A DNA stretch of 19,211 nt from the NCBI GenBank assembly GCA_024626585.2, contig JANKJI020000002.1, positions 153,305,543-153,324,753 of the forward strand. The letters run 5' to 3'. The DNA comes from Ginkgo biloba (taxonomy: Eukaryota > Plantae > Ginkgophyta). The position numbers and the translations under genes are program-made. The notes under the pieces were generated by a model. The model saw only the letters and a program-made list of their open reading frames with translations, was not told where the DNA came from and ran no database searches. Of the stretch, positions 1 to 11,245 are shown one piece after another. Positions within the stretch are counted from its first letter, which is position 1. Each line of letters begins with the position of its first letter.

Positions 1-3000
1 AATGAAAATCATTCTTCTCTCTCATCTCTCAATTGTCTTCCTTTCTGCTATTCAACATTTCTGAATATCTTCATAATAGTTAGGATGACTCACCATACCA
101 CTCATTCAATTCAGTTCATAGCTTCCACACTCAGTGAATGCTCTATCCACAATTCATACACTCTTAACACCCACTCTTAATGAATAAGATGACGCTGGAA
201 GTTCATAATATACCACATATTGCCAAGTGGTCACAAATCCTTACAGGTCAAAAAAATGACTTGATTGAGCTTCTTTATTCAACATGGAAGACTCGATGGC
301 CCCATCTGTTTCTATGTATTTTATGTTGGCCCTAAAGTCAATTCTTGGTAACAAATTCATTTTTTGATAATAAATATTGGTCTCAAAATTTGGAATTAAC
401 GATAATATGTTCTCATGATCGCTAAAATTGGAGATTTACGCAATGCTAGATGTTCCTGAACTGAGTTGACTTCATTTCAATACGAAATGACACTACATGC
501 ATATAATCGAAAAGAATATTGCAAAATCTTATCAACAAAACAAAATAAACATTCTAAGAAGCATTAAGAAATACAACAAACCTCAAGTGCAAAAACGGTG
601 GTCTTAGATTTTGCTAAATCATAAAGGTTTGTATCTGTCTTAAACTTGAACTCCACCCTGTAAAAAAACAATCATGACAATAGATAATAGTCAAACAGAT
701 GACTACATTGAGATCGGTATCATGTCCTCATATATTGACATAATAAATTCAAATTAAACAAAAAGATTGTAAAACTTTTGGTAATTGCAACTCAACTTCA
801 TAATAATAATCAAATAGTTGGATGCTAGAGCAAATGGTCCATACACAGATGAAATATTATGCCAAGTGCACAAAGGGAAATTGGTAGGCCCTAAATTAAC
901 TAAGATAATACATTATACATATTTTTGATATGATGATTATATATGTTCAAAAATGCAGTCTTTCAAAAGGTTTTAATCCATTAGTGGCAAGTTAACTCTA
1001 CAATGTATCTATCAACTCCTCATACCCACTGTACAATGTTTTAAGCTACTAGGCAAATCCTGTAAAAATGGACATGTTGCATTACTAAACTATGTTTCAT
1101 GTTATTGCTTATCATCACATCTCTCATTGTACTTATGCATATGATATTAACTTGATGGTATGCGCGATGTGGAATGACGTCCTGTGAGCAAACCCACAAG
1201 TACATAATGCACTCTCTCAAGGTAGACTTCAATGCCACAATGTTTTGGTGTCATTGTCCACATGAGATGTCACACTAATGAACTACATCATGAGCAAAAT
1301 AAATATTCTTGAAATGGGACACAATCAATGGAAGCCCTTCCAACAAGACATAATAGATGTTTGTAGATCAATAAATTGATGACAAGTATCCCTTGTATGA
1401 GGCATTAACTCATGTTAGGGAGATAATCTAAGATTTATACTAGAATACATTGATGAGATTCCTAGTTTTAAATTTATATTGATATTATTGAGAGGAGGAT
1501 AGCATGACAAGGGTGATGTTACATAACAACAAATAACCCTGCAAGGACAACAACCATAGTATGCCAAAAAAGACTAAGCAATGCACCAAATAAAGATATA
1601 TGAAGATCCTACGACACATCCAACATGCCATTGAATGAAAGTATTAAATTAAAACAAGTTAGGAATGCAATCATTCCTAACAAGAAAATTTTATGATTAA
1701 ATGCTTCAACAAGAAAGTAGACAAATAGCCATTTAATTTANNNNNNNNNNNNNNNNNNNNNNNNNNNNNNNNNNNNNNNNNNNNNNNNNNNNNNNNNNNN
1801 NNNNNNNNNNNNNNNNNNNNNNNNNNNNNNNNNNNNNNNNNNNNNNNNNNNNNNNNNNNNNNNNNNNNNNNNNNNNNNNNNNNNNNNNNNNNNNNNNNNN
1901 NNNNNNNNNNNNNNNNNNNNNNNNNNNNNNNNNNNNNNNNNNNNNNNNNNNNNNNNNNNNNNNNNNNNNNNNNNNNNNNNNNNNNNNNNNNNNNNNNNNN
2001 NNNNNNNNNNNNNNNNNNNNNNNNNNNNNNNNNNNNNNNNNNNNNNNNNNNNNNNNNNNNNNNNNNNNNNNNNNNNNNNNNNNNNNNNNNNNNNNNNNNN
2101 NNNNNNNNNAATCCAAGAAACTCTACGAGGGAGAATACATTTCACTCAAAAAGAGGGAAAAAAATACACAGTAATTCAAGGTAATTACAATTTCAATTAG
2201 AAATTCTCAAGTAATTGATGAGGTTTATGGGCTACGCTCTAAGCATATTTTTTCCAAATGAAAACACGAAAACATTTATAAACGAGTAGCTTGTAAAAGC
2301 ATCCCCAAACAGTAACAATGAAAGGACCTAAAGCTAGACAACCTTATTCTAGCAATGATTATAGGGTGCTTTGAAAATAATAGTATTTTCTTTTTTTTTG
2401 CTTAATTTAGATTTTAACCTAAGTTTATTAAAATAGAAGAGGACGAAACTTACATCTTCAACACAAGAATGTCATATTCCAAACAACAACAAAAACTTAT
2501 AAAATGGACAAACACATTCTGAAACAAAATTAACTAAGTTTTAAATTGATCTCAAGCAATTCTGAAGTCATTTACAATTCAATATAATTTTGATAAAGTA
2601 ATCCAACAATGTGGAGAAATTTGGCATTCATTCACTATGTTTTTACTCAATAAGGTCATTCCCAAAGAAACAACCTAAAGAGTTCTATAGACATGTATGC
2701 ACATTTTAAGTGTGGTTTTTGTGTAGATATATTTTGGAACCCCCACCCATTTTTGTGTGTGTTGAGTTGAGTTTTGCCTTTAGTCTTAATCATTAGATGT
2801 ACCACTAGTAGCACTCTCACAATTTTGTTCATAACATTCTTATATGAACTCAAATTTTGACAAATCTTATATGTTGGAAAGCTACTTATCTCTAAAGTAT
2901 TGACAATTTGATATTTCCTACAAGAAATATGGGTCAATGATAGTATAGTTACAATCGATTCTATGGTAGGTAGTTGCAATTTTCACAGAAGCAAAAATCG

Positions 3001-3459
3001 AGGTATAACCCACCATTCTAGAAAAGTATTGACATTCACTTATTCCTCTTGAAAGCCTAGCACTATATGGTTAAAGAATATAAAGGCATCAAAATAGTGA
3101 GGACACACATCAAGTGAACACTAAAGTTGTAAGAGAGAGCTCTCAAAATGTAAAGTGAAAGCAACAAGTAATATTGAACAAAGNNNNNNNNNNNNNNNNN
3201 NNNNNNNNNNNNNNNNNNNNNNNNNNNNNNNNNNNNNNNNNNNNNNNNNNNNNNNNNNNNNNNNNNNNNNNNNNNNNNNNNNNNNNNNNNNNNNNNNNNN
3301 NNNNNNNNNNNNNNNNNNNNNNNNNNNNNNNNNNNNNNNNNNNNNNNNNNNNNNNNNNNNNNNNNNNNNNNNNNNNNNNNNNNNNNNNNNNNNNNNNNNN
3401 NNNNNNNNNNNNNNNNNNNNNNNNNNNNNNNNNNNNNNNNNNNNNNNNNNNNNNNNNNA

Positions 3460-4056
3460 CAACCCAATTAGACAAAATTAAGAATCAATGAAGGATTATG
3501 AGCAGGTGGTACAACTAGCCCAAGACCTCCACAGTCAGGAGGAGAAATATATAGAGGGGATTGCTCTGTTGAAGAAGCTATTAAGGATGTAGGAGCCAAG
3601 GACCCATAGGGGTCCAATAGTAGAGAAGGCGAACTTTTGGGGGAAATTGCCCAACTGAAGGAGCAGTTGGTTGGANNNNNNNNNNTGCGTTTCGACTACG
3701 GGAGTTTGAAGTCTATGAGAATCCTTTCCAGAGGCAATTGGCCAAGGCGATCAAACTTGGGCTTCAAATGGTGCAAATGAGACGCCCTGCACGCATTGGC
3801 CATGCAATTAAAATCACTAGGCACTTCCACTCCATTGATGCTTAGTAATCGCAAGAGGGTAGAAGCCTTCTGGAAGGTCATTGGTTTGCATGGCACGAAA
3901 TTAATAGCCGAAATGTATGTTGCAGGAGTTATCCTTCTAGAAGATGATGACTTTCACCCAAGCATGCTAATGGGGGACATTCACCTACAACGGATGATCA
4001 TCCTTAAGGCGGAGGAGTGGAGGTTAAAGCACAGAGAGTTATTGCATAACAATTGA
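3460..4056 (+). pseudogene. Decayed retroelement accessory ORF fragment: coiled coil followed by an unnamed domain homologous to the C-terminal part of the 7960-10440 ORF
   Basis: Manual translation gives MKDYEQVVQLAQDLHSQEEKYIEGIALLKKLLRM*...EIAQLKEQL (helical/coiled), then ...RQLAKAIKLGLQMVQMRRP, a frameshift, then ORF 3796-4056 LAMQLKSLGTSTPL...DDDFHPSMLMGDIHLQ. The last segment aligns without gaps to ORF 8568-8912(-) with 22/64 identities. Confidence 0.7.
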
Positions 4057-5009
4057 AGGTGAACTGGTGATTAGTTTATCTTCTATAATTTGTCTTGTAT
4101 TGGAGAGGAATGGTCTGCCTATCATGATAAACCGTCCTTCCCTCAATTGTATAAATCATCTCTTCTCAATTAATGAAACAAACAACATTTTTTCCCGCAT
4201 ACCAAAAGGCTGTTAAATTCTTACTAGGCATTATGACCCGTGACGGAGCTGGGTGGACAGTACCCCACACCAACATAGGGCGCCTGGAGTTGTCTCTATA
4301 TAGTTCCTTCTATAGTTGCCATTTTCTTTTTCTGTCAAGTAGTTGTTAATGTATGCATCATTATTTCCTTAGTAATTTGTTGCTTAAGTGGTTGAAGTTC
4401 CATCTATGTGAATCCTNNNNNNNNNNNNNNNNNNNNNNNNNNNNNNNNNGCACTTGAGGTGATTGGGTCGAGAATCTGCCTCCCTTTGTTGCTCAAAGTT
4501 TTCGAACTGCCAAATTGATAATTTATGACCCCACAAGAGAACTAGACAACTATTAACCATCCTTGTTAGCAAAACTTGCCATTAAACAACTTAGCTCATC
4601 AACTTCTTAATAAATTGCTACTCTAACCTTTAAACCACCATTGATTTGTGAAGCTCCTTATTAAACCACCATTATTGCTCATCATTTAAGCACTCAACTC
4701 ATTGTCTTACCACCTTACCTTTCCAAATCTCCTTGTTAACCATCACCACTCACGAGAATTGTTGTTGCTCACCTTAGGTTGTTTTGCCCATTGTTAACCC
4801 AATTATTGTACTCTACTCATTTTGGTCATAATGAAACTACCATTTTTCAACATCAACCCTATTGTTTTGTTGCTCGCCTTTACCTTGCATCTTGTTTTTC
4901 TACTATTTTTCAAAGAGAGAGGGGGTTTCATTTAATCGTGCCTATTTTGGGAAATCTATAGACAGTTGGACAAAATTTATTGCAGACCGTACAATGAGCA
5001 ATACTGTAC

Positions 5010-5231
5010 TGCTACACAGAAACCTAGAGGTAGTTCGGGCAGATTTGTGCTGCACAAAAATCAAGAAGCAGGCAGGCAGTTCGGGCAGATTTCTACTGCA
5101 CAGAAATCGAGAAGATTCCGGGCAGTTCGGGCAGATTTTTGGGCAGAATTCTGTTGCACAGAAATCGAGAAGAAAGCGGGCAGTCCGGGCAGAATTTACA
5201 GCAATACTGTGCAGTTTCGGGCAGATTTCTA
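5010..5231 (+). repeat. Degenerate GC-rich tandem array, ~38-58 bp units built on (c/t)tgcacagaaatcgagaaga...gggcagttcgggcagatt; runs into a gap
   Basis: At least 4 units and about 8 GGGCAG cores are visible. CpGs are retained, unlike the flanks. Truncated by the N-run at 5232. Confidence 0.85.
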
Positions 5232-5749
5232 NNNNNNNNNNNNNNNNNNNNNNNNNNNNNNNNNNNNNNNNNNNNNNNNNNNNNNNNNNNNNNNNNNNNN
5301 NNNNNNNNNNNNNNNNNNNNNNNNNNNNNNNNNNNNNNNNNNNNNNNNNNNNNNNNNNNNNNNNNNNNNNNNNNNNNNNNNNNNNNNNNNNNNNNNNNNN
5401 NNNNNNNNNNNNNNNNNNNNNNNNNNNNNNNNNNNNNNNNNNNNNNNNNNNNNNNNNNNNNNNNNNNNNNNNNNNNNNNNNNNNNNNNNNNNNNNNNNNN
5501 NNNNNNNNNNNNNNNNNNNNNNNNNNNNNNNNNNNNNNNNNNNNNNNNNNNNNNNNNNNNNNNNNNNNNNNNNNNNNNNNNNNNNNNNNNNNNNNNNNNG
5601 GCTTAGGTTCCTTGTTCAAAATAATGTCTCGCAGCACCCTTTAAACCAAATCATGATTACAACAACCTTGTGTCAATGTAGAGAGATTGATATTGGTTGA
5701 AATATGAAAATAATGTTAGGAAGTATAATGACTTCCATTAATATAAGAA

Positions 5750-6890
5750 AGAAATAATAATATTACTTCACCTCATAATCAAACTCAAATGATTGGCGGT
5801 CCACCAAGTATTGCAAAACTACATATGGATAATTCACTTAGACCAATGATAGACAACGATTCAAGTGATTGGCAATATTGTTTAAAACTTTAAATGGTTG
5901 ATCCTCTGATTATTAGTTATGAAGCACAACATGAGAGGGACATCTTGGGCCTAGACTAACTATATTCTGAAAACTACTACAAATTAAGAGGATGCATATA
6001 ATCCCAAAGATTAAAGGAACCCTTCTATAACCTTTAAAGAATTATGGAAGATTCGATACGAATAGATGTTGTCAAGGACTTTCAACATACAAAATAGTCG
6101 TTATTATATTAGTTTCAGTGCCTCATTTAATAAAATAACTCATAAATGGATTTGTTGCCAAATTGTGAGATAATACCAGACATCACCTTATGCTATGTTT
6201 TGGGCAAATATGAGGACTATGCCAATTCTAAAAACAAATGCATCATGAAAATAGTCAAAGAGATGTATAATATATGTGATATTCAAGATACTCTTAAAGA
6301 CTTAAGAGATGATGTAAGGAATATTTGACTTATAAAGTATTCAAGCAATAGTATCAAGATTAACAATGGCCAACAAGCAAGAGAAGTTAAGAGAAGACAT
6401 TTGATGTCCTCCACCATGCAATACTTAAGGACATACTACGAATGAGCATCTAGATGAAGGCACAAGTTGTAATCTATGGTGTGCTATTTGAATTGTAGAT
6501 TCATATGACAATATTAACTACTAATAAAATCTATGAAATAGCGATACAATCTGTTGAGGAAGAAGTAATCTACAATGACCTTCTAGAAATGTATTTATTA
6601 AAAGACAAAATACAATCCTAGATACAAGTTGTATGGTAGCATAGGCAATGACATTTTGATTTTGTCTCAACTAAGGGCATGGAATGAAAGAGCACATATT
6701 GAAAAAAATAGCTCATAAAAAATCTCACAAAATACCTATGAGATAACTACTCCAAATTAGCTATCATTCCAAATTGAGAGAGTAGTAGAAATGAATCTAT
6801 TTATACAAGAGGATGAGAATCTAAGGAGGAGTAATTACAATTTACAAGATGACACCTCACAAGTTACATGCATGCATGTGAGAAAATAAT
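5750..6890 (+). pseudogene. Possible heavily decayed ORF of unknown function
   Basis: Frame of ORF 6146-6328 reads protein-like back to ~5760 (MIGGPPSIAKLHMDNSLRP...) and, after shifts, onward (FDVLHHAILKDILRMS..., IERVVEMNLFIQEDENLRRSNYNLQDD). However, 9 stops in the 119 codons before 6146 is close to random for this AT content, so support is weak. Confidence 0.3.
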
Positions 6891-7079
6891 AAAAAAATGG
6901 AAGAACACCTAAGAGAAGAATGACACGTGGATTTGGGAGTTACAAAAGTGTATGACCCTCAAACCCTCAACAATGTGCTAATTTCAACTTAAGAGAAATA
7001 ATGATCCATTTTTCGGATCCAAAAAAGTCAATACTTGGTGAAATACTAATAAATTCCCAACTTGCACTTGAAATTTAGA

Positions 7080-7260
7080 GCAATCTGATCAGTTTGAGCA
7101 AAAAGTCCACAAGGGGAAAGTTGTAGTCTTCCCACCAAGCTTTAAAACGAGCCCAAGAGAACATAAAATAGAGTTGTGGATCAAAAGTTATGATAAAAAT
7201 CATAACTGCCTGAAAAATGGCAAGTTTGTTGTTCGAATGAGCTTCTCCAACACTTGGTCA
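7080..7260 (+). mobile_element. LTR-type sequence motif block of plant LTR retrotransposons
   Basis: GAAAGTTGTAGTC...AAGCTTT..AACGAGCCCAA...GAGTTGTGGATCAAAAGTTATG resembles a motif series I recall from plant Ty3/gypsy LTRs. LTR ends were not located. Confidence 0.4.
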
Positions 7261-7333
7261 TTTTGCCCATAAAATCGGGTTTCGGATTATCGAGCCGTCA
7301 GGCAACGAGTTGTCTGAGAATTGGGTTTCAAAA

Positions 7334-7443
7334 CTATCAGAGATCGGGCCCCTCGCCCCCCAACTAAAGGCTATCGAGGATTGGGCCCTCGCCCCCCAAC
7401 TAAAGGTTATCAGGGTTGGGCCTTTGGCCCACCCGACTAAAGG
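7334..7443 (+). repeat. Three tandem 36-37 bp GC-rich repeats (consensus ~ctatcrgrgattgggccyctcgccccccaactaaagg) plus a partial fourth
   Basis: Units at 7334-7370, 7371-7406 and 7407-7443 each end in ACTAAAGG. Units 1 and 2 share CCCTCGCCCCCCAACTAAAGG exactly. Confidence 0.9.
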
Positions 7444-7959
7444 CGTCGACTATCGGGCATCAGGGAATCAAACCCCTCACCCACCAAAGTGAAATCATGC
7501 CTCGTATCACCTCTGTGGACCCAATACTTTATTCAATGCAGTGGAAGAACATTTTGAGTTTTGTAAGTTGAAGAATTTATAAAATAAAAGGCCAAGGTAA
7601 AATTAGAAGATCAGANNNNNNNNNNNNNNNNNNNNNNNNNNNNNNNNNNNNNNNNNNNNNNNNNNNNNNNNNNNNNNNNNNNNNNNNNNNNNNNNNNNNN
7701 NNNNNNNNNNNNNNNTAACTTACCCTCACAAAAACATGAAGGTAGCCTATTACATAAGAATGTTTTTTTAACCATTTCTAACTAGAGATAGCTTATCAAC
7801 ATAACAAGGACACAATTCTATGGTCAAAATGAACAATTCACCATCTCATTATATCATATAGTGAACAAAAAAAGCAACAAGATAAGACTCATCAATTCTC
7901 CCCCTACTTCATCTTCAAGGTCCCCTTGAAGCCTTAGATTGATCTTTAGGTCTTACTTT

Positions 7960-10439
7960 AGATTGATTTATACCATCCACCAATTGTCAATACTTTACCT
8001 CCTTTTGTTGTCTTATTTCCAAGAACAATTGTTTTTGTGACAGTAGATTGCCCAGAGGTCATTTTGGATCCAATGAACAGACTCTTCATACTCTAAAGGT
8101 GAGGCCAATAAGCCTCTCTAGGGTCTCTTTTCCTCTGCTTTACCAACTTCATTCCTTCTTAAGGGAAATGGCAAGGTCAAAGGATGAGGCTAATAAACCA
8201 TGCCAATCCACACGCTCCTACACAAATGATGGACCATCTCAGTAGCCAAATCATAGGAAAGAGTGTTGTAGGGTTCTTTATCCTTTAAATCTTGTGGAAG
8301 TGACCACGCCCTTTCTAGTGCAATAGTCCTGGCATTATTTAATACAAATGCCAAACTTTCCTCCCACAACCTTGGTACAGTCTCCAAATTTTCTTCAAAT
8401 ATCAACTTCCAAACACCCTCCTACATTTGCTTCTCATGGTCTTATATAAGCCTTTATTCATTCACAATATTTGGCCTAATGCCCTGTTCAATAGATAATT
8501 CCATCTACATGAACCTAGTGTATTATTTGGCCCTCACCTTTTCTCCAGATAAGATGGAGAGCAAGGCCTACAAATGAACACTCCCCATCACCAAGTTAGG
8601 CTTAAAATCCAAGTCATCACTATGTAGATCATTTGCCAAAAACATCCTTGCCATTAAATTCTTGTTTGCCCTATTACTCTGATCATACAAGGCTTTCATT
8701 CTCTCTACATCAAATCGAATGAGAGGAGTGGTTGTAAATAGTAACCTCAATTGGAGATCAAGACTCCTTTCTTTATATATCAAGGCATAAACCTTAGGGG
8801 GTGCCCAACATTGTGCCAATTGAATAGCCAAATTTACTAACAGCAATAAAAGGGCCTTGATTCCTTCCACTTGCTCATTCAGAATGCTACATTTTTCTCT
8901 AAGAGCCTCCACCTCCTTTCTTGGTTTAGGTTCTCTGGTGGTCTCTATTTTAAGTTTGAAAGTTCAAGTTAAAGAACTCAAATACTTCACCTGTTCCTCC
9001 CTTACAACAATCCTTTCATTGATCAAAGCATTATTTTCCAATTCTATCAATTCCTTCATTTCCACCTGAAAGGTGGGGAACAATTCACATTGCACTTCCT
9101 TGTTGTAGGTTCTTATCTCCTTAACTAGGGAAATCAAATCACATTAAACCCCTATTTTGCTGCTCTCCTTCTTCTTGGGCAGATAAATTACATCACATCG
9201 GACCCCTATCTTGTCCACTATCTTTGAATCAATTTTGGCTTCTACTTATTTCAATTCTATCACTTCTGGTTGCATTATTGTTTCTGAGGAAGTCCACACC
9301 CCAAGTACCTTAGACAACTTCATCTAGGCCATTTGGTCCTCTAATTTAGCCATTCGTCCTTCTAGTGATTGAATCTTAGAAGATTGGTCCTCTAGGTCCC
9401 TGGAACTAGCAGTTGCTTCTTCCAGGAGCTTTATATTGACTACTTGTTCCTCTAGCTCCTTCACCCTTTCTTTCAATTTCTTATTTTCCATTATGAGCTC
9501 CTCATTTGCTACCTAAAGTGTTGTAGTCGTGAATTCTAATAGCATAGAGGCCTCCTCCAATTCTCCTTCTCACACAATTGCCTTAAATAGTACTTCACAC
9601 CTCTTTACTCCTAAAAATCTTTCCACACCTAAAGGTGGCTCAAATACAAGTGCATGGGAATCTTTCACTTTTGGTACCATTGAGGGTGGCGTAAATGAAA
9701 CACTCCATACTCGACCTAAGGCAACATTAAATATGAATTGTATTAGGCATGGATGTCTGATCTCCTTCTTTGTATCTTTCTTCCAACTGGCAACATTTTT
9801 GTTAATTGAATCCAACAAAAATTGGACCACATCAATTGTCTTTCCCTTCTTCCACAATGTAAAAAAAAATATTAAGTATGGAGTGAAGAGGTAAGTCAGG
9901 TGCACTCTCACAAAGACATTTTCAAATCAACACTGACAACGGATCCCAAGGTACCGGTACAGACTTATATGGGAATCCCCATGCTTATGTTAGCACCCTC
10001 AAGAGGAGTACTTCCACAAAAGGCTTTTANNNNNNNNNNNNNNNNNNNNNNNNNNNCTATTAAAATTCTTGAAGGGTTTCCGCTTTTGTCCATGTTTTTC
10101 CCCCTATCTGAACCTTTACTACTTTGACAATTAATTCCTTATTAACAAAAATTGTTTTCCTTCAACTAGGGTTATCTTATTTGCATAATTTTGAACAAAC
10201 TGAAAAACTAACAATGAATTGAAATGATATGAATTATAGCACAAGTTGAACAACAACACACCTCGCAATAGATCTACCAATGCTTTATTTATCTCAATTA
10301 ATTTTTCAGAATCTGGGTCTTTCCTCACCAAAAAATTCTATCGAATTGTAGTTATTGAGCCGCTTCTTGCGGTTGTTGTAGGTACCTCCTTGTTGGTTGG
10401 TTTTGATATCTCTTCTTCTAATATTGTTGCCTCCAATTC
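7960..10439 (-). pseudogene. Decayed ~800 aa retrotransposon accessory (extra) ORF: plant-transposon-protein-like N-terminal domain, coiled coil, VQC repeats, unnamed C-terminal domain
   Basis: ORFs 10131-10331, 9570-9911, 8568-8912 and 8190-8405 share one minus frame, which runs 9911 to ~7960 with scattered stops and no frameshift. N-terminal motifs VRKDP...FQFVQNY..KITLVEGKQF/VNKELIVKV...GKTW and GFPYKSVPVPWDPLSVLI*K..CE...IDVVQFLLDSINKNV...HPCLIQFIF match the pattern I recall for extra ORFs of plant LTR elements (Transposase_32/PF20167-like, not searched). Heptad stretch NEELIMENKKLKERVKELEEQV...KIQSLEGRMAKLEDQM. Confidence 0.75.
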
Positions 10440-11245
10440 NNNNNNNNNNNNNNNNNNNNNNNNNNNNNNNNNNNNNNNNNNNNNNNNNNNNNNNNNNNNN
10501 NNNNNNNNNNNNNNNNNNNNNNNNNNNNNNNNNNNNNNNGATGTTTTCGCACTTTACTTATGTAAGTTATTTATTGTTGTTGTTTCTAGGGAAGTAGGTT
10601 GTTCCAATCCTTGACTCTAGTTCGTTACGAGAATCTCTGAGTACCTTACCCACATAGATACAAGTTTCACTATCCTTCGTCACCCCTTCAAGTGAAGGGG
10701 TTCCCAAACCAAGTGATACCATACATGTCACAACCAATATTCAACTCCCAATATTATGGGGCTTGAACGTTTCTACTTTGACTTCAAGCGCATCACCATC
10801 CCATTCCTTTGGTGTGCCTCATAATCCCTTATGTCAAGTCAGCAATACACTGCCCATTACCTAGTGTGCCCATACTCGTTCACAATCCTCTGGGCCATTC
10901 CTCTAAGTCTGATTCCTCTATAGACCCTTCCAATCAAGTTGCTTACACAATCTAGCCAACTGATTCAATAGTCACCACTATACCTTGCCCCAATCAAGTT
11001 AATGCTTCACTAGGAGATCTAATAGCCACGACAGCAATGGTGGTTCAGATATCACCCTGTACTTCAACGATGAAGACAACACCAATTTTGACATCAATGA
11101 CTCAGAAAACGCCTAAAGCAATTTCTACAAAATGCGCTACAGGATCAATGCTTATATCAAGCTTGCCACAAGGTGCCACCACTTTGATGCTAATGATTGT
11201 AACATGTTACTCGTAATCCTAGGTAAGATGCTCGCCTTTGTCTTT

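Noticed and set aside
1-3183. Short ORFs 1041-1238 and 2656-2979, and a weak YVVYYELPASS stretch near 190-240(-)
   Set aside because: No recognisable motif or extended frame. Treated as unclassified AT-rich decayed DNA.
4911-4925. Purine tract AAAGAGAGAGGGGG as a PPT
   Set aside because: Not followed by a TG LTR start.
5010-7443. CRISPR-like reading of the arrays at 5010-5231 and 7334-7443
   Set aside because: Units are contiguous degenerate tandem copies without unique constant-length spacers, there are no cas genes, and the context is eukaryotic retroelement DNA.
5789-9911. Argument that every in-frame stop can be reverted by T>C and so proves former coding
   Set aside because: True of any stop codon. 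Only used where an aligned copy shows Gln.
7913-10701. Two short inverted repeats, CTTCAAGG-tcc-CCTTGAAG (7913-7931) and ACCCCTTCA-ag-TGAAGGGGT (10682-10701), roughly flanking the accessory ORF
   Set aside because: 8-9 bp stems are expected occasionally in 19 kb, they are separated by a gap, and bacterial terminator logic does not apply here.
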